Shown one piece after another: positions 9,766 through 19,631 of a stretch of DNA of 64,000 nucleotides. A program made the position numbers and the translations under genes. Source of the stretch: Acidimicrobiia bacterium (lineage in GTDB: Bacteria > Actinomycetota > Acidimicrobiia > Spongiisociales > UBA11373); contig JBBEAX010000085.1 of assembly GCA_040882645.1 (NCBI GenBank), positions 55,933 through 119,932 on the forward strand. Direction: 5' to 3'. Every line of letters starts with the position of its first letter. Within the stretch, counting starts at the first letter, position 1. The notes under the pieces are model-generated. The model was not told the DNA's origin. It ran no database searches and saw only the letters and a list, made by a program, of their open reading frames with translations.

Positions 9766-10125
9766 TCAGAACACTCGCATCAGGGTACGGATGACTGCGG
9801 TCGCGACGATCACGAGCGTGACCCCCGCCACGAGACGCATGGGAAGATTGTTGCGGTCGGCCACAGCCCCGCCCCGCACCTCGGGGCTCAGGGCGAACTC
9901 GATCTCCGACGCCGTGAGCACTTCGATGGCGTCCTCGACGTCGGTCTCGGCGACCAGGATCTCGGTCACCGCCCACTCGCCGATGGTCATGCGGTAGGGG
10001 CCCAGCGACTCGCCGTGAACCCGGGTGGCGATGCCTGCCGACTCGAGAAGAGCCGCCGAGATCCGAGCCGACACCTCGTCACCGAACTTGGCGAGCGAGA
10101 CCAGTCGCCCCGCGGAAGTGTCCAT
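9766..10125 (-). CDS. DUF2007-like (putative signal-transducing) protein with C-terminal TM helix
   Basis: 119 aa. The LVSLAKFGDEVSARISAALLESAGIATRVHGE pattern resembles the DUF2007 fold. Hydrophobic tail LVAGVTLVIVATAVI. Confidence 0.45.
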   Translation of the reverse strand: MDTSAGRLVSLAKFGDEVSARISAALLESAGIATRVHGESLGPYRMTIGEWAVTEILVAETDVEDAIEVLTASEIEFALSPEVRGGAVADRNNLPMRLVAGVTLVIVATAVIRTLMRVF

Positions 10126-10174
10126 GGGCGGAAGGGTACCGGTCTCTGGCCGAAGGATCGGTGTCCCTCACCCG

Positions 10175-10843
10175 CTATGCGGCGCCGATCTCCTCGTCGG
10201 TCAGCCGGCGGAATGCCCGCCGACCCTGGGTGCGGTCGAGCACGGCGCCTTCCCACCCGGCGGGATCGGTCTCCGTGACGGAGGCGCAAGCCGCCTTGGT
10301 CCAGCCGAGGGCTTCCATCAGTGGTGCACGGGGCCGGTATGCAGCCTCGAGGCTCTCCACCAGAACCTCTGCCGACCCGCCGATCGCCGACACCCGGTGC
10401 TCTTCGTGGAGTGTGCCGTCGTAGGTCACCCGGTAGATGCGGCTGGTCTCGTCGTCGTCGCCGATCTCCACCACCATGACCTCGACCTCGAATGGCTTCA
10501 CGTCCTGCGTGAAGACGTGCCCCAGGGTTTGGGCGTAGGCGTTGGCGAGGCTCTTGGCAGTCACATCGGTGCGTGAGTAGGCATACCCGGTGAGGTCCGC
10601 CCGCCGGATTCCCCCAATGCGCAGCTGCTCGAACTCGGTGTACTTGCCGACCCCGGCGAAGGCGATCCGGTCGTAGACCTCGGAGATCTTCTGGAGCGTT
10701 CCGCTCGGATTCTCACCGAGGAGCAGCACGCCATCGACGAACTCGACTCCGACGATCGACTTGCCGCGAGCGATTCCCTTGCGGGCGTACTCGGCCCGAT
10801 CCTTCATCAACTGCTCGGGCGGCACGTAGAACGGCATCGTCAT
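10175..10843 (-). CDS. prcA: 20S proteasome alpha subunit
   Basis: 222 aa. MTMPFYVPPEQLMKDRAEYARKGIARGKS is the canonical actinobacterial PrcA N-terminus. 4-nt overlap with prcB. Confidence 0.9.
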   Translation of the reverse strand: MTMPFYVPPEQLMKDRAEYARKGIARGKSIVGVEFVDGVLLLGENPSGTLQKISEVYDRIAFAGVGKYTEFEQLRIGGIRRADLTGYAYSRTDVTAKSLANAYAQTLGHVFTQDVKPFEVEVMVVEIGDDDETSRIYRVTYDGTLHEEHRVSAIGGSAEVLVESLEAAYRPRAPLMEALGWTKAACASVTETDPAGWEGAVLDRTQGRRAFRRLTDEEIGAA

Positions 10844-11634
10844 GGGCTGCGCTCCATCACGGATCGCGCCATCTCCGCGACCATGGCATCCGGCAGTTCG
10901 GCATAGCCCCGGGATGAGACCGTCACGATGTTGGGGTAGATCCCCCGCTTGAGGTCGGGTCCGCCGGTGGCAGTGTCCTCCTCGGCGACCGCCACCAGGG
11001 CTTCCAGCGCCAGTTCGAGCGCCCCGGTCTCGGTGAGCCCATCGGTGAACTTGGTGCGGATGTAGAGGCGGGCATCGCGCCCGCCCGAGCCGGTGGCGGC
11101 ATAGTCAGTCTCCTCGTATGAACCGCCCACCACGTCGTACGAGTAGAGACGGCCTTGTTCGAGTTGCTCGTCGAAGCCGCAGAAGAGGGGCACGACTCCC
11201 AGCCCCTGAAATGCCATCGGAAGGTGGCGACGGACCATCGAGGCCAGGTGGTTGGCCTTACCGGGAAGGCTGAGGCGCCGGCCTTCGATCTTTTCGTAGT
11301 GCTCGAGCTCGGTCTGGAATAGCCGGACCAGCTCGATCGCGACACCGGCCGTTCCCGAGATCGCCACCGCCGAATACGAGTCGGCGGGATACACCTTCTG
11401 CACCCGGCGGTGGGCGACGTAGTGGCCGGCGGTGGCCCGCCGGTCGCCGGCCATGATGACGCCGTCGTCGTAACGAAACGCCAGCACCGTGGTGCCTTCG
11501 GGTGCATCGAGGACTCCGCTCGAGCCGTCGGTCTCCCACTTCGGATCGAGGCCTCGAGCCCGCAACAGGGCCGCGAAAGAGCTTGCCGGAATTCCCGAGT
11601 CGAGCACCAGCCCGTCCCCGCTCGACTCGGTCAC
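10840..11634 (-). CDS. prcB: 20S proteasome beta subunit (with propeptide)
   Basis: 264 aa. The propeptide is followed by the processing site G/TTVLAFRYDDGVIMAGDRRAT (catalytic Thr). 4-nt overlaps on both sides. Confidence 0.9.
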   Translation of the reverse strand: MTESSGDGLVLDSGIPASSFAALLRARGLDPKWETDGSSGVLDAPEGTTVLAFRYDDGVIMAGDRRATAGHYVAHRRVQKVYPADSYSAVAISGTAGVAIELVRLFQTELEHYEKIEGRRLSLPGKANHLASMVRRHLPMAFQGLGVVPLFCGFDEQLEQGRLYSYDVVGGSYEETDYAATGSGGRDARLYIRTKFTDGLTETGALELALEALVAVAEEDTATGGPDLKRGIYPNIVTVSSRGYAELPDAMVAEMARSVMERSP

Positions 11635-11825
11635 TGGCCGCCCTTCTGGACGTAGTTCTTGACGAACTCCTCAGCGTTTTCTTCGAGGACCGAGTCGATC
11701 TCGTCGAGCAAGTCGTCGATCTTGTCAGTCAGCTCCTCGCCGACCTCGGTGGAGGCATGTTCTTCCTGCTCGACCTTCTGGTCGGAGCCGTCACGACGAG
11801 TTTGCTTCCGCTCCTGCTCGGCCAT
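11631..11825 (-). CDS. pup: prokaryotic ubiquitin-like protein Pup
   Basis: 64 aa from ATG 11825, with GGAGG 5 nt upstream. The track starts it at GTG 11831. Acidic, disordered, and ends ...FVKNYVQKGGQ (C-terminal GGQ). Confidence 0.9.
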   Translation of the reverse strand: MAEQERKQTRRDGSDQKVEQEEHASTEVGEELTDKIDDLLDEIDSVLEENAEEFVKNYVQKGGQ

Positions 11826-13305
11826 CTTCACCTCCGAGTGCGCGAACGAGATCCGCGGGGGTGGGTGAGCTGGCGAGAAGGTCGGCCACTCGGTCCTTGC
11901 CCCCGCGAAGGGGTTCCATCATAGGCACCCGCTTGAGGGCGTCTTCGCCGACGTCGAAGATGAGCGAATCCCAGTTGGCGGCAACGATTGCGTTGCCGTA
12001 ACGCTCCACGCAGGAGCCCCTGAAGTATGCCCGGGTGCGCTCGGGGGGCGCCACCGCGGCACGCTCGACCTCGGCGTCGGTGAACAAGCGCTGCATGCGC
12101 CCTGCGGCGACCAGGCGGTGATACAGGCCCCGGGTGCGGTCGACGTCGTGGTACTGCAGGTCGAGGAGTCGAAGCTTGGGCGCTCCCCAGGCGAGGCGAT
12201 CTCGGTCGCGGTAACCCTCGATCAGCGCAAGCTTGGCCGTCCAGTCGAGCCGGTCGGCGGTCGAAGCGGGGTCACGCTCGAGGTCGGTGAGGATCGCCTG
12301 CCAGGTCTCGATTGCCTGCCGCCCGACGTCGTCGACGCCTTCGACCTCGGCATACTTGGTGACCCAGTCGAGGTAGTGCCACTGGAGTTCGAGGGCGGTC
12401 GCCGAAGTGCCGTCACCCAACTCGAGGGCGGTGCGCAGCGTCGGGTCGTGGCTCACCCGCCACGCCGATTCGACGGGCCGGGCGAGCTCCACCGGATCCC
12501 CGAGCGCTCCCGCCTCAATGGCCGAAAGTACGAGAGCCGTCGCCCCGATCTTGAGGAAGGTCTGGGTCTCGCTGAGGTTGGCGTCACCGATGATCACATG
12601 GAGCCGGCGATAGAGGCTCGGGTCGGCATGGGGCTCATCGCGGGTATTGACGATCGGGCGCTTCAGCGTGGTCTCGAGCCCGACCTCTTCCTCGAAGAAG
12701 TCGGCGCGTTGGGTGATCTGGTAGTCGACGGCGGGTCGACCATTCTCGCTGCCCACCTTGCCCGAGCCGGTGTAGATCTGACGAGAGACGAAGAACGGAA
12801 TCAGATGTCGGGTCAAGTCGACGAACGGCACGGACCGATCGACGAGGTAGTTCTCGTGGGCGCCGTACGAGTTGCCTTTGCCATCGCTGTTGTTCTTGTG
12901 GATGTGCAACCGCTGGCCCTCGAGCAGCGTGCCATTCGCCGCCCGCGCAGCCCGTTCCAGGACCACCTCACCCGACTTGTCGTACAGGGCGGCCTCGAGC
13001 GGGTCGTAGCACTCCGGGGTGGAGTACTCCGGGTGAGCGTGGTCCACATACAGCCGGGCTCCATTGGTCAACACCACGTTGACCAATCCGGTCTCGAACT
13101 CGCCGGTGGGTGCCGGGTCGTAGCCGAAACCGCGGGCGTCCCTTCCCGGAGACTCCTCTTCGTACGACCACTGGATCCGCGTCGAAGTGCCGGCGTACGA
13201 GTTGATCACCAGGCTCGAGCCGACCACAGGGTTGAAGTCGGGCTGATTCCGAATGGTGATGCCGAACTCGGTCTCCGTGCCTACGACCTTGTGAACCCCA
13301 CTCAC
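11791..13305 (-). CDS. dop: Pup deamidase/depupylase Dop
   Basis: 504 aa. N-terminus [10 protein letters not shown], PafA-like fold with an extra internal loop. Lies between mpa and pup. Confidence 0.85.
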   Translation of the reverse strand: MSGVHKVVGTETEFGITIRNQPDFNPVVGSSLVINSYAGTSTRIQWSYEEESPGRDARGFGYDPAPTGEFETGLVNVVLTNGARLYVDHAHPEYSTPECYDPLEAALYDKSGEVVLERAARAANGTLLEGQRLHIHKNNSDGKGNSYGAHENYLVDRSVPFVDLTRHLIPFFVSRQIYTGSGKVGSENGRPAVDYQITQRADFFEEEVGLETTLKRPIVNTRDEPHADPSLYRRLHVIIGDANLSETQTFLKIGATALVLSAIEAGALGDPVELARPVESAWRVSHDPTLRTALELGDGTSATALELQWHYLDWVTKYAEVEGVDDVGRQAIETWQAILTDLERDPASTADRLDWTAKLALIEGYRDRDRLAWGAPKLRLLDLQYHDVDRTRGLYHRLVAAGRMQRLFTDAEVERAAVAPPERTRAYFRGSCVERYGNAIVAANWDSLIFDVGEDALKRVPMMEPLRGGKDRVADLLASSPTPADLVRALGGEDGRAGAEANSS

Positions 13306-15023
13306 AGGTACTGGCCAGTGGTGATCCCCTCGATGCTGCGGCCCTCGGCCTCGCCTTCGATGAGGGTCCGCACGTAGACGATCCGCTCACCCTTCTTGCC
13401 GGAGATCCGCGCCCAATCGTCGGGATTGGTGGTGTTCGGCAGGTCCTCGTGCTCCCGAAACTCCTGCTTGACGGCGGCGATCAGGTCGGTGGTACGCACG
13501 CCACGGACCCCGGTCTCGATCTCTCGCTTGATGGCTTCCTTCTTCGCCCTACGCACAACGTTCTCCACCATCGCCCCGGAGGCGAAGTCCTTGAAGTACA
13601 GGACCTCCTTGTCGCCATTGGCGTAGGTGACCTCGAGGAAGCGGTTGGCATCTGAAGTCGAGTACATGTCGGCGACGACGGACTCGATCATCGACTCGAC
13701 CATCGCGTCGACCTCCCCGCCCGCGCGGGTCAGCTCATCGGCATCGAGCGGCGTTCCGGTGCCCAGGTAGATGCGGAATATATGGCGAGCGGCCTCCTGA
13801 TTGGGCCGCTCGATCTTGATCTTCACGTCGAGCCGCCCCGGGCGAAGGATCGCCGGATCGATCAGGTCTTCCCGGTTCGATGCCCCGATCACGATCACGT
13901 TCTTGAGCGTCTCGACACCGTCGAGCTCCGAGAGAAGCTGGGGAACGATCGTCGATTCCACGTCGGACGAGATCCCGCTCCCCCGGGTGCGGAAGAGCGA
14001 ATCCATTTCGTCGAAGAAGACGATCACCGGGACGCCTTCCTCGGACTTCTCCTTCGCCCGGGCGAAGATCAGCCGGATCTGCCGTTCGGTCTCACCGACG
14101 TACTTGTTGAGGAGCTCGGGGCCTTTGATGTTGAGGAAGTACGAGCGAGCGTCCTGCTGGCCGGTCTTGGCGGCGACCGCGTGGGCCAACGAGTTGGCGA
14201 CCGCCTTGGCGATCAGCGTCTTGCCACACCCCGGGGGCCCGTAGAGGAGCACGCCCTTGGGGGCCGCCAGGCCGTAATCGTCGAACAGCGCCTTGTGCAC
14301 GTACGGGAGCTCCACCGCGTCTCTGATCGACTCGATCTGCTCGCGCAACCCGCCGATGTTCTCGTAGGAGACGTTGGGGACCTCTTCGAGCACGAGTTCC
14401 TCGACCTCGGGCCGAATCAACCGTTCGTGGAGCAGCCCGGTTCTGCCGTCGAGCCTCACATGGTCGCCGACCCGCATGAAAGCGTCCTTCATGGGACCCG
14501 CCACTTCGACGACGCGCTCCTCGTCGGCGCGTGCGAGCACGATGACCCGCCCGTCACCCAGGATCTCCTTGATGCGGACGACCTCCCCGGTCTGCTCGAA
14601 CGACCGAACATCGATGACGTTCATGGCCTCGTTGAGCAGCACCTCTTGGCCGGGCTCGAGTTCCTTGATCTCGATGCTCGGCTCGACACTGACCCGCAGC
14701 TTGCGCCCGCCGGTCATCACGTCGAGGGTGCCATCGCTGTTGATTCCCTGCACCACCCCGAAGGGGTTGGGCGGCGCGGTCAGCTTCTCGACTTCCTCGC
14801 GCAGGATGGCCAACTGTTCGCGAGTCTCCTCGAGGGCGATCGAGAGCTTCTCGTTCTGCGACATCGCCTGGCTCACGCGGCCTTTGGCCTCGAGGAGGCG
14901 CTCCTCGAGGACCCGAACACGGCGGGGAGCATCCTGGAGGCGGCGGCGGAGGATGGCGATCTCTTCCTCCAGCATCTTGATGGTGCCGCGGAGCTCGTCA
15001 GCCGTCGGCTCGCTCATGCCCAT
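13302..15023 (-). CDS. mpa: proteasome-associated AAA+ ATPase Mpa/ARC
   Basis: I trimmed the track ORF to ATG 15023 (or 15017), with GGGAGA just upstream. Has an N-terminal coiled coil ([20 protein letters not shown]), Walker A GPPGCGKT, Walker [11 protein letters not shown], and a C-terminal ...TGQYL (proteasome-docking motif). Confidence 0.9.
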   Translation of the reverse strand: MGMSEPTADELRGTIKMLEEEIAILRRRLQDAPRRVRVLEERLLEAKGRVSQAMSQNEKLSIALEETREQLAILREEVEKLTAPPNPFGVVQGINSDGTLDVMTGGRKLRVSVEPSIEIKELEPGQEVLLNEAMNVIDVRSFEQTGEVVRIKEILGDGRVIVLARADEERVVEVAGPMKDAFMRVGDHVRLDGRTGLLHERLIRPEVEELVLEEVPNVSYENIGGLREQIESIRDAVELPYVHKALFDDYGLAAPKGVLLYGPPGCGKTLIAKAVANSLAHAVAAKTGQQDARSYFLNIKGPELLNKYVGETERQIRLIFARAKEKSEEGVPVIVFFDEMDSLFRTRGSGISSDVESTIVPQLLSELDGVETLKNVIVIGASNREDLIDPAILRPGRLDVKIKIERPNQEAARHIFRIYLGTGTPLDADELTRAGGEVDAMVESMIESVVADMYSTSDANRFLEVTYANGDKEVLYFKDFASGAMVENVVRRAKKEAIKREIETGVRGVRTTDLIAAVKQEFREHEDLPNTTNPDDWARISGKKGERIVYVRTLIEGEAEGRSIEGITTGQYL

Positions 15024-15227
15024 TCGTCTCCCTGGCCGGCACCAGCCGGCCCCTGACGACCACGGACCGGGGATACCCGGTCCTCGGGCCGAGTATACGA
15101 CGGACCGTCCCATGGACCGCATCACCGTCTTCGGTGCGGTAGATGCGGGAGTTGGAGCCTTTCCGGGCCGACCGGGATGCAGCGGTCGCGGGGTAAGATC
15201 GCCGCAATCTGGCCTGGAGCACTCATC

Positions 15228-15473
15228 ATGAAGGTTTGGATCGACCAAGATCTCTGCACCGGCGACGGGCTGTGCGAGGAGATCGCTCCCGACGTGTTCG
15301 TGCTTCTCGATGATGGGCTGGCGTACGTGCGCGAAGGCGACAAGGTCTTCGCGGCTGCCAAGGGCAACCCTCAGGGGGCTCAGGGGCTTGCCCAGGTTCC
15401 GGCGGGCCAGGAAGAGATCACCCTCGAAGCCGCCGAGGAATGCCCCGGCGAGTGCATCTTCATGGAGGCTTGA
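15228..15473 (+). CDS. single-cluster ferredoxin
   Basis: 81 aa from ATG 15228, with GGAG about 8 nt upstream. Has [24 protein letters not shown] and C-terminal ECPGECI (C-x2-D-x2-C...CP pattern). Confidence 0.7.
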   Translation: MKVWIDQDLCTGDGLCEEIAPDVFVLLDDGLAYVREGDKVFAAAKGNPQGAQGLAQVPAGQEEITLEAAEECPGECIFMEA

Positions 15474-15506
15474 CCGTCGAGTCCCCAGTCCCCAGTCCGT
15501 CGGCCC

Positions 15507-16328
15507 CTACGGTTGGCCGTCGTTAGCGTGCCCTCGAGTGTCGGCCTCTTTTTCCGTCAGCATCGCCACCGTTAGAAAGCCGGTGTGGCCGACCATCTGG
15601 CTCATGGGCCGCACCGAGCGGCCATCGATCTGCCAGTCCCGGTGCATCACCTCGAACGACTCGATTCCCACGAACCGCCGGCTCACGTGCAGTTCGTCAT
15701 GGAGCTTCTGGACCTGGGGAACGGTCGGGAGATAGGCGCACAAGATTCCCCCCGGTCTGAGGGCGACCACCGCGGGCTCGACCACCGACCAGGGCTCCGG
15801 GAGATCAAGAATCACGCGATCGGGCCGGTGATCTGCCAGGACCACCTCCACCAGGCCCTCCACCAACAGGAGATTGGCGGGTATGCCACCGAGGAACCGT
15901 CCGATCGTCTTGCGAGCATGCTCGAGGTGGTCGGCGCGACGCTCGACGCTCACCACCGTGCCTCCCGGGCCGACCGCCCGCACCAGCGCCATCGCCAGGG
16001 CGCCCGACCCGGTGCCTGCCTCGACCACCAGCTGGCCGGGAGCGACGTCGGCCCAGTGGACTATCGGCCCCAGATCCTTCGGGTACACCACCTGAGCGCC
16101 CCGATCCATCTTGAGGACGTAATCGGCAAGACGCGGCCGGAGGGCCACGATCCGGGCTCCAGTGGCCGTCCGCGCCACCGCACCCGGCTCCGACCCGATG
16201 AGGCTGTCGTGAGGCACCACTCCGGCATGGAACTGGAACGAGCCCCCGACCCGCAGATCGACGAGGTATCGCCGACCCCGTCCGTCGATCAACAGGCACA
16301 TGTCCCCGGCGCGAAACGCCTCGCTCAA
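15507..16328 (-). CDS. trmI: tRNA (adenine58-N1)-methyltransferase TrmI
   Basis: SAM motif VVEAGTGSGALAMAL. GCD14-type N-terminal domain (FRAGDMCLLIDGRGRRYLV). Neighbour of mpa, as Rv2118c is in mycobacteria. Start is uncertain (TTG 16328 or ATG 16301). Confidence 0.75.
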   Translation of the reverse strand: MSEAFRAGDMCLLIDGRGRRYLVDLRVGGSFQFHAGVVPHDSLIGSEPGAVARTATGARIVALRPRLADYVLKMDRGAQVVYPKDLGPIVHWADVAPGQLVVEAGTGSGALAMALVRAVGPGGTVVSVERRADHLEHARKTIGRFLGGIPANLLLVEGLVEVVLADHRPDRVILDLPEPWSVVEPAVVALRPGGILCAYLPTVPQVQKLHDELHVSRRFVGIESFEVMHRDWQIDGRSVRPMSQMVGHTGFLTVAMLTEKEADTRGHANDGQP

Positions 16329-16429
16329 TTGCCGAGCAGGGCCAGGAACGGCAGGACAAGAGCGAGGATCATCGCGGTCGACACCACGATCACCATCACC
16401 TTGACCATCCGGTCGCGATTTCGAAACAT
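16325..16429 (-). CDS. possible 34-aa single-TM micro-ORF upstream of trmI
   Basis: Own translation: MFRNRDRMVKVMVIVVSTAMILALVLPFLALLGN*. Its TGA overlaps the candidate TTG start of trmI (TTGA). No clear Shine-Dalgarno. Confidence 0.25.
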   Translation of the reverse strand: MFRNRDRMVKVMVIVVSTAMILALVLPFLALLGN

Positions 16430-16532
16430 GTGGTGACTCTAGGAAACCCGCTGGTCGGACCACGCCGGGGCCGAACCGTCCGGCGACCCTCGTGAGGGGC
16501 AAGCCTCTTCGCTCACCCCTTAGACTCGGTTC

Positions 16533-16748
16533 ATGGATCTGATCGGTTTCGGCGCCCGACGGGCTCTAGGCGGCATCCGCGGAGGCGATCCGCGCTGGGC
16601 CGCCCTTGGGGCGCTGGCGGTGGTGATCGGGCTGCTGCGCCGACTCAACCAACCCAAGCGGGAGTTGATCTACTCACAGACTTTGAAGCCGGGCCAGGCC
16701 GTGAGAGTCCAGTTGGCCGGCTCGACGGGCAATCAGGAGAGTCGATAG
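16533..16748 (+). CDS. small hypothetical membrane protein
   Basis: 71-aa ORF with one hydrophobic segment (WAALGALAVVIGLL). No recognisable family. Confidence 0.35.
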   Translation: MDLIGFGARRALGGIRGGDPRWAALGALAVVIGLLRRLNQPKRELIYSQTLKPGQAVRVQLAGSTGNQESR

Positions 16749-16930
16749 ACCTCGACGCGGGCCGAGCCCTTCTTGCCACGTCGCCGTCCCACCAGGTAGA
16801 TGACCAACAACAGGGCGGCGACCCCCACCCCGGCGATCACGCCGACGTTCTTGGCCCCCTGGGCGGTGTCGTCGACGACACTCTGAATCTCTCGGAGCTT
16901 CTCTTCGAGATCGGAACGCTGCACGCTCAT
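16733..16930 (-). CDS. small membrane-anchored hypothetical protein
   Basis: 65 aa from ATG 16930, which forms an ATGA overlap with the upstream gene's stop. An amphipathic N-terminus is followed by TM helix VGVIAGVGVAALLLVIYLV and a basic tail. Confidence 0.45.
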   Translation of the reverse strand: MSVQRSDLEEKLREIQSVVDDTAQGAKNVGVIAGVGVAALLLVIYLVGRRRGKKGSARVEVYRLS

Positions 16931-17220
16931 CGGGTGGCCCTCCACATCACGAGACCTGTCACCGCCAGCAACCCCAGAGAGGCCAGGATGTACCCCAGGC
17001 CGCTCCAGATCACTCCATCGGGCATCGCCACCAGAATCACCCGCATACCCGCCACGGCCAGGAAAGCCCCCCCGAGGACGAACACGATCGACGCGGCGAA
17101 GCTGAGCCCGGCGAGCCGTCCGAGCGCCTTGGCGGCGCCAACCGTGTTCTCCCAGAGGTACTGCTTGGCGAGCGCGATGAACTCGCCGACCATGTCGGGA
17201 AGCTCACGAGGCGATGCCAT
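16927..17220 (-). CDS. holin-X / phage-holin-3_6-like membrane protein
   Basis: 97 aa with two TM helices. The overall pattern (FIALAKQYLWENTVGAAKALGRLAGLSFAASIVFVLGGAF...) resembles the actinobacterial Holin-X family. Confidence 0.45.
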   Translation of the reverse strand: MASPRELPDMVGEFIALAKQYLWENTVGAAKALGRLAGLSFAASIVFVLGGAFLAVAGMRVILVAMPDGVIWSGLGYILASLGLLAVTGLVMWRATR

Positions 17221-17778
17221 CTAGTCGCTCCTTCCGAGGACCGCCCGCAGGAGAACGGTTTCTCGTTCCAGCACCATGATCTCTCGCTCGAGGCGCTCGC
17301 AGGCGTCCCCGGCCTCGAGGATGTCCTGCACCTCCGGCCACGAGATATCTAGGTATGAGGCTACCTGATGCGACGCGGCAACCGGATCTGGCCCGATCGC
17401 GAGGTGGATGTCGCCACCGTGGCCCGACTCGGCCCGCGCCGCCATGTACCGGCGCAGCGACCTCTCAGCAGAGACGACCAGATCCTGACGGGGCATCGGC
17501 TGCACCCGGTCGACCGGCTCGACGGCGGCCCGATCGCCGGTCCGGGCGATCGACACCAGGGTCTCCCCGATCACATCGATGGTCACCAAGTCATCGGCGT
17601 CGTCGGCGAGGCGCTCGATGCGAGCCCGGGTTCCCACCCTGCCGAGCGTTCCGTCGGGGTGGATGAGGACGACCGCCACCCGCTGTCCGACGCCCAAGCC
17701 CTCACAGGTGGTTCGCACCGCATGCCGGGTGCCGGGAATCACCACTCGCCGGAATGGGACGAGCGGGAGGGACTCCAC
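17221..17778 (-). CDS. LON N-terminal (substrate-binding) domain protein
   Basis: I trimmed the track ORF to GTG 17778, with GGAGGA 5 nt upstream. The N-terminus LPLVPFRRVVIPGT matches the LON_substr_bdg start pattern. Confidence 0.5.
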   Translation of the reverse strand: MESLPLVPFRRVVIPGTRHAVRTTCEGLGVGQRVAVVLIHPDGTLGRVGTRARIERLADDADDLVTIDVIGETLVSIARTGDRAAVEPVDRVQPMPRQDLVVSAERSLRRYMAARAESGHGGDIHLAIGPDPVAASHQVASYLDISWPEVQDILEAGDACERLEREIMVLERETVLLRAVLGRSD

Positions 17779-17780
17779 CG

Positions 17781-18266
17781 TCAATCCTCCTCTTCCAGCA
17801 CCGCTCCGGCGGTCCGCAGGACGGCCATCGCCTCGGCCGCTCCCTTCCAGCCCTTGGCCGCCGTCTTCATGTCCTCGAGGTCCTTGTAGACGGTGAAGAA
17901 GTGCTCGAACTCTCGCAGCAGGTGGGGCGGGAGGCCGTCGAGATCCCGCACCGAGCCCCACAGCGGATCCCGGGCGGGGACGCCGAGCACCTTGTGGTCG
18001 GGCAGACCCTGGTCCTCCATGAGGAACAGCCCGATGGGACGGATCCGGATGCGGCACCCGGTGAAGGTGGGCTCAGTGACGACAGCCATCGCGTCCAATG
18101 GGTCCCCATCTTCGGCGACGGTGTCCGGGACGAACCCGTAGTCAGCGGGGTACCTGGTAGCGGTGAAGAGCATTCGGTCGAGGTAGACGTGGCCGGTGGC
18201 CGCGTCGGTCTCATACTTGTTGCGGCTGCCCCGAGGGATCTCGACGACCATGGTGACCAGCATCAT
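17781..18266 (-). CDS. ppa: inorganic pyrophosphatase
   Basis: 162 aa from ATG 18266. VVEIPRGSRNKYE, YPADYGFVPDT and DGDPLDA are family I PPase signatures. Confidence 0.9.
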   Translation of the reverse strand: MMLVTMVVEIPRGSRNKYETDAATGHVYLDRMLFTATRYPADYGFVPDTVAEDGDPLDAMAVVTEPTFTGCRIRIRPIGLFLMEDQGLPDHKVLGVPARDPLWGSVRDLDGLPPHLLREFEHFFTVYKDLEDMKTAAKGWKGAAEAMAVLRTAGAVLEEED

Positions 18267-18350
18267 CGGAACGCTAACCGGGTACCGCGGTGATGTACGC
18301 CAACGGTTTGCCGGGGCCGCGGGGGCCCGGATGGTTATCGTCCTGGCGCC

Positions 18351-19571
18351 ATGGCTCGCGGTCCGGCTGACCCCCGTCGCAACCTCTGGCCGCTCGTCGG
18401 CGGCCAGTCGATCTCGCTGTTCGGCGACTACCTGGCATTCTTCTTTGCGCTTCCCATCTTCGTGCGCGACACGACGGGTTCGGCCACGCAACTCGGGCTG
18501 CTCGGGCTCTTCGAGACCGTGGCGGTTCTGGGCTTCGGCTTTCTCGCGGGGGTACTGCTCGACCGGGTGCCGACCAGGCGGGCCCTGATCCTCGCTGATC
18601 TCGCCCGCATGATCGCTCTCGCACTGCTGGCGGTGGCGGTTGCCGTCGACGCCGGGGAGACATGGATGGCATTTGCGGTGGCGTTCATCGTCGGCTCCAT
18701 GGGGACCATCTTCGACTCGGGCCTCGAGACCTATATACCGGTGGTCCTCGACGACGAGCAGCTGGTCAGGGCGAACACCGCGCTCTCGATGGGGCGGAAC
18801 CTCGCCCAGACGCTCGGGTTCGTGGTCGGGGGCGCGGTAATCGCAGTGTCGGGTGGGGTGGCCGGCGCCTTCGCCCTCGATGCCCTCTCGTACGGGATCT
18901 CGATCGTCGCCATTCTCATGCTCCGGGAGGTGAGGCCGAGGGTGGTGTCCGACGCGGAGCCGGTCTGGGCGTCGATGCGGATGGGCCTCACCACCCTGTG
19001 GCGCCTCACTCCGGTGCGCTGGGCCACGGCGGCGGCGGCATTGGCCAACCTGGCCTTTGCCCCGCTCGCGGCAGTGATGACCCTCTATGCGGAGCAGGAC
19101 CTCGGCATCGAGTCGGACCGGGCGCTGGGCCTGTTCTTCGCCGGTTTCTCGTTGATCGGTCTCCTCGGGGTATCGCTCGCCCCTCGGATCGCCGCCCGGG
19201 TCGGGCTGGGACGCACCGTCATCGTCGGCGGGTTGGTGTTTGGGGCGGGCGCAACCGGGGCCGGTGTCGCCGAAGGCTCATGGGCCGTCGTCCCGTTCGG
19301 CATCGCCATGGCCGGGGTGTCGATCAATCAGGTGGCGTTCGTCACGCTCCGGCAGCGATTGACCCCTCCCGCGCTACTGGGCAGGGTGATTGCCGCGTCT
19401 CGCACGATCGCCTGGGGTGGGATTCCGGTGGGGCTGATGATCGGCACCCCGATCGGCGACCTCATCGGTCTGCGGCCGTTGTTCATCGGCAGTGGCGTCT
19501 TGATCGCGGCGGTTGCAGCCCTGATGGTTCTGGGACCGCTCTGGCGGGCGGAGGCCCGGCTCACCGGTTAG
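18351..19571 (+). CDS. MFS transporter
   Basis: 406 aa, about 12 hydrophobic segments, MFS-like loop motifs. Confidence 0.7.
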   Translation: MARGPADPRRNLWPLVGGQSISLFGDYLAFFFALPIFVRDTTGSATQLGLLGLFETVAVLGFGFLAGVLLDRVPTRRALILADLARMIALALLAVAVAVDAGETWMAFAVAFIVGSMGTIFDSGLETYIPVVLDDEQLVRANTALSMGRNLAQTLGFVVGGAVIAVSGGVAGAFALDALSYGISIVAILMLREVRPRVVSDAEPVWASMRMGLTTLWRLTPVRWATAAAALANLAFAPLAAVMTLYAEQDLGIESDRALGLFFAGFSLIGLLGVSLAPRIAARVGLGRTVIVGGLVFGAGATGAGVAEGSWAVVPFGIAMAGVSINQVAFVTLRQRLTPPALLGRVIAASRTIAWGGIPVGLMIGTPIGDLIGLRPLFIGSGVLIAAVAALMVLGPLWRAEARLTG

Positions 19572-19631
19572 AGCGGCCAGCCGCTGAGAGGCGCCGCCAC
19601 GGCTGCAACAATCTGGCCCGGTCCGGGGTTA

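Noticed and set aside
12118-15056. Long plus-strand ORFs 12118..13377 (419 aa) and 13782..15056 (424 aa)
   Set aside because: They are antisense to dop and mpa, which carry canonical motifs. Their composition is low-complexity (G/R/V/D/L).
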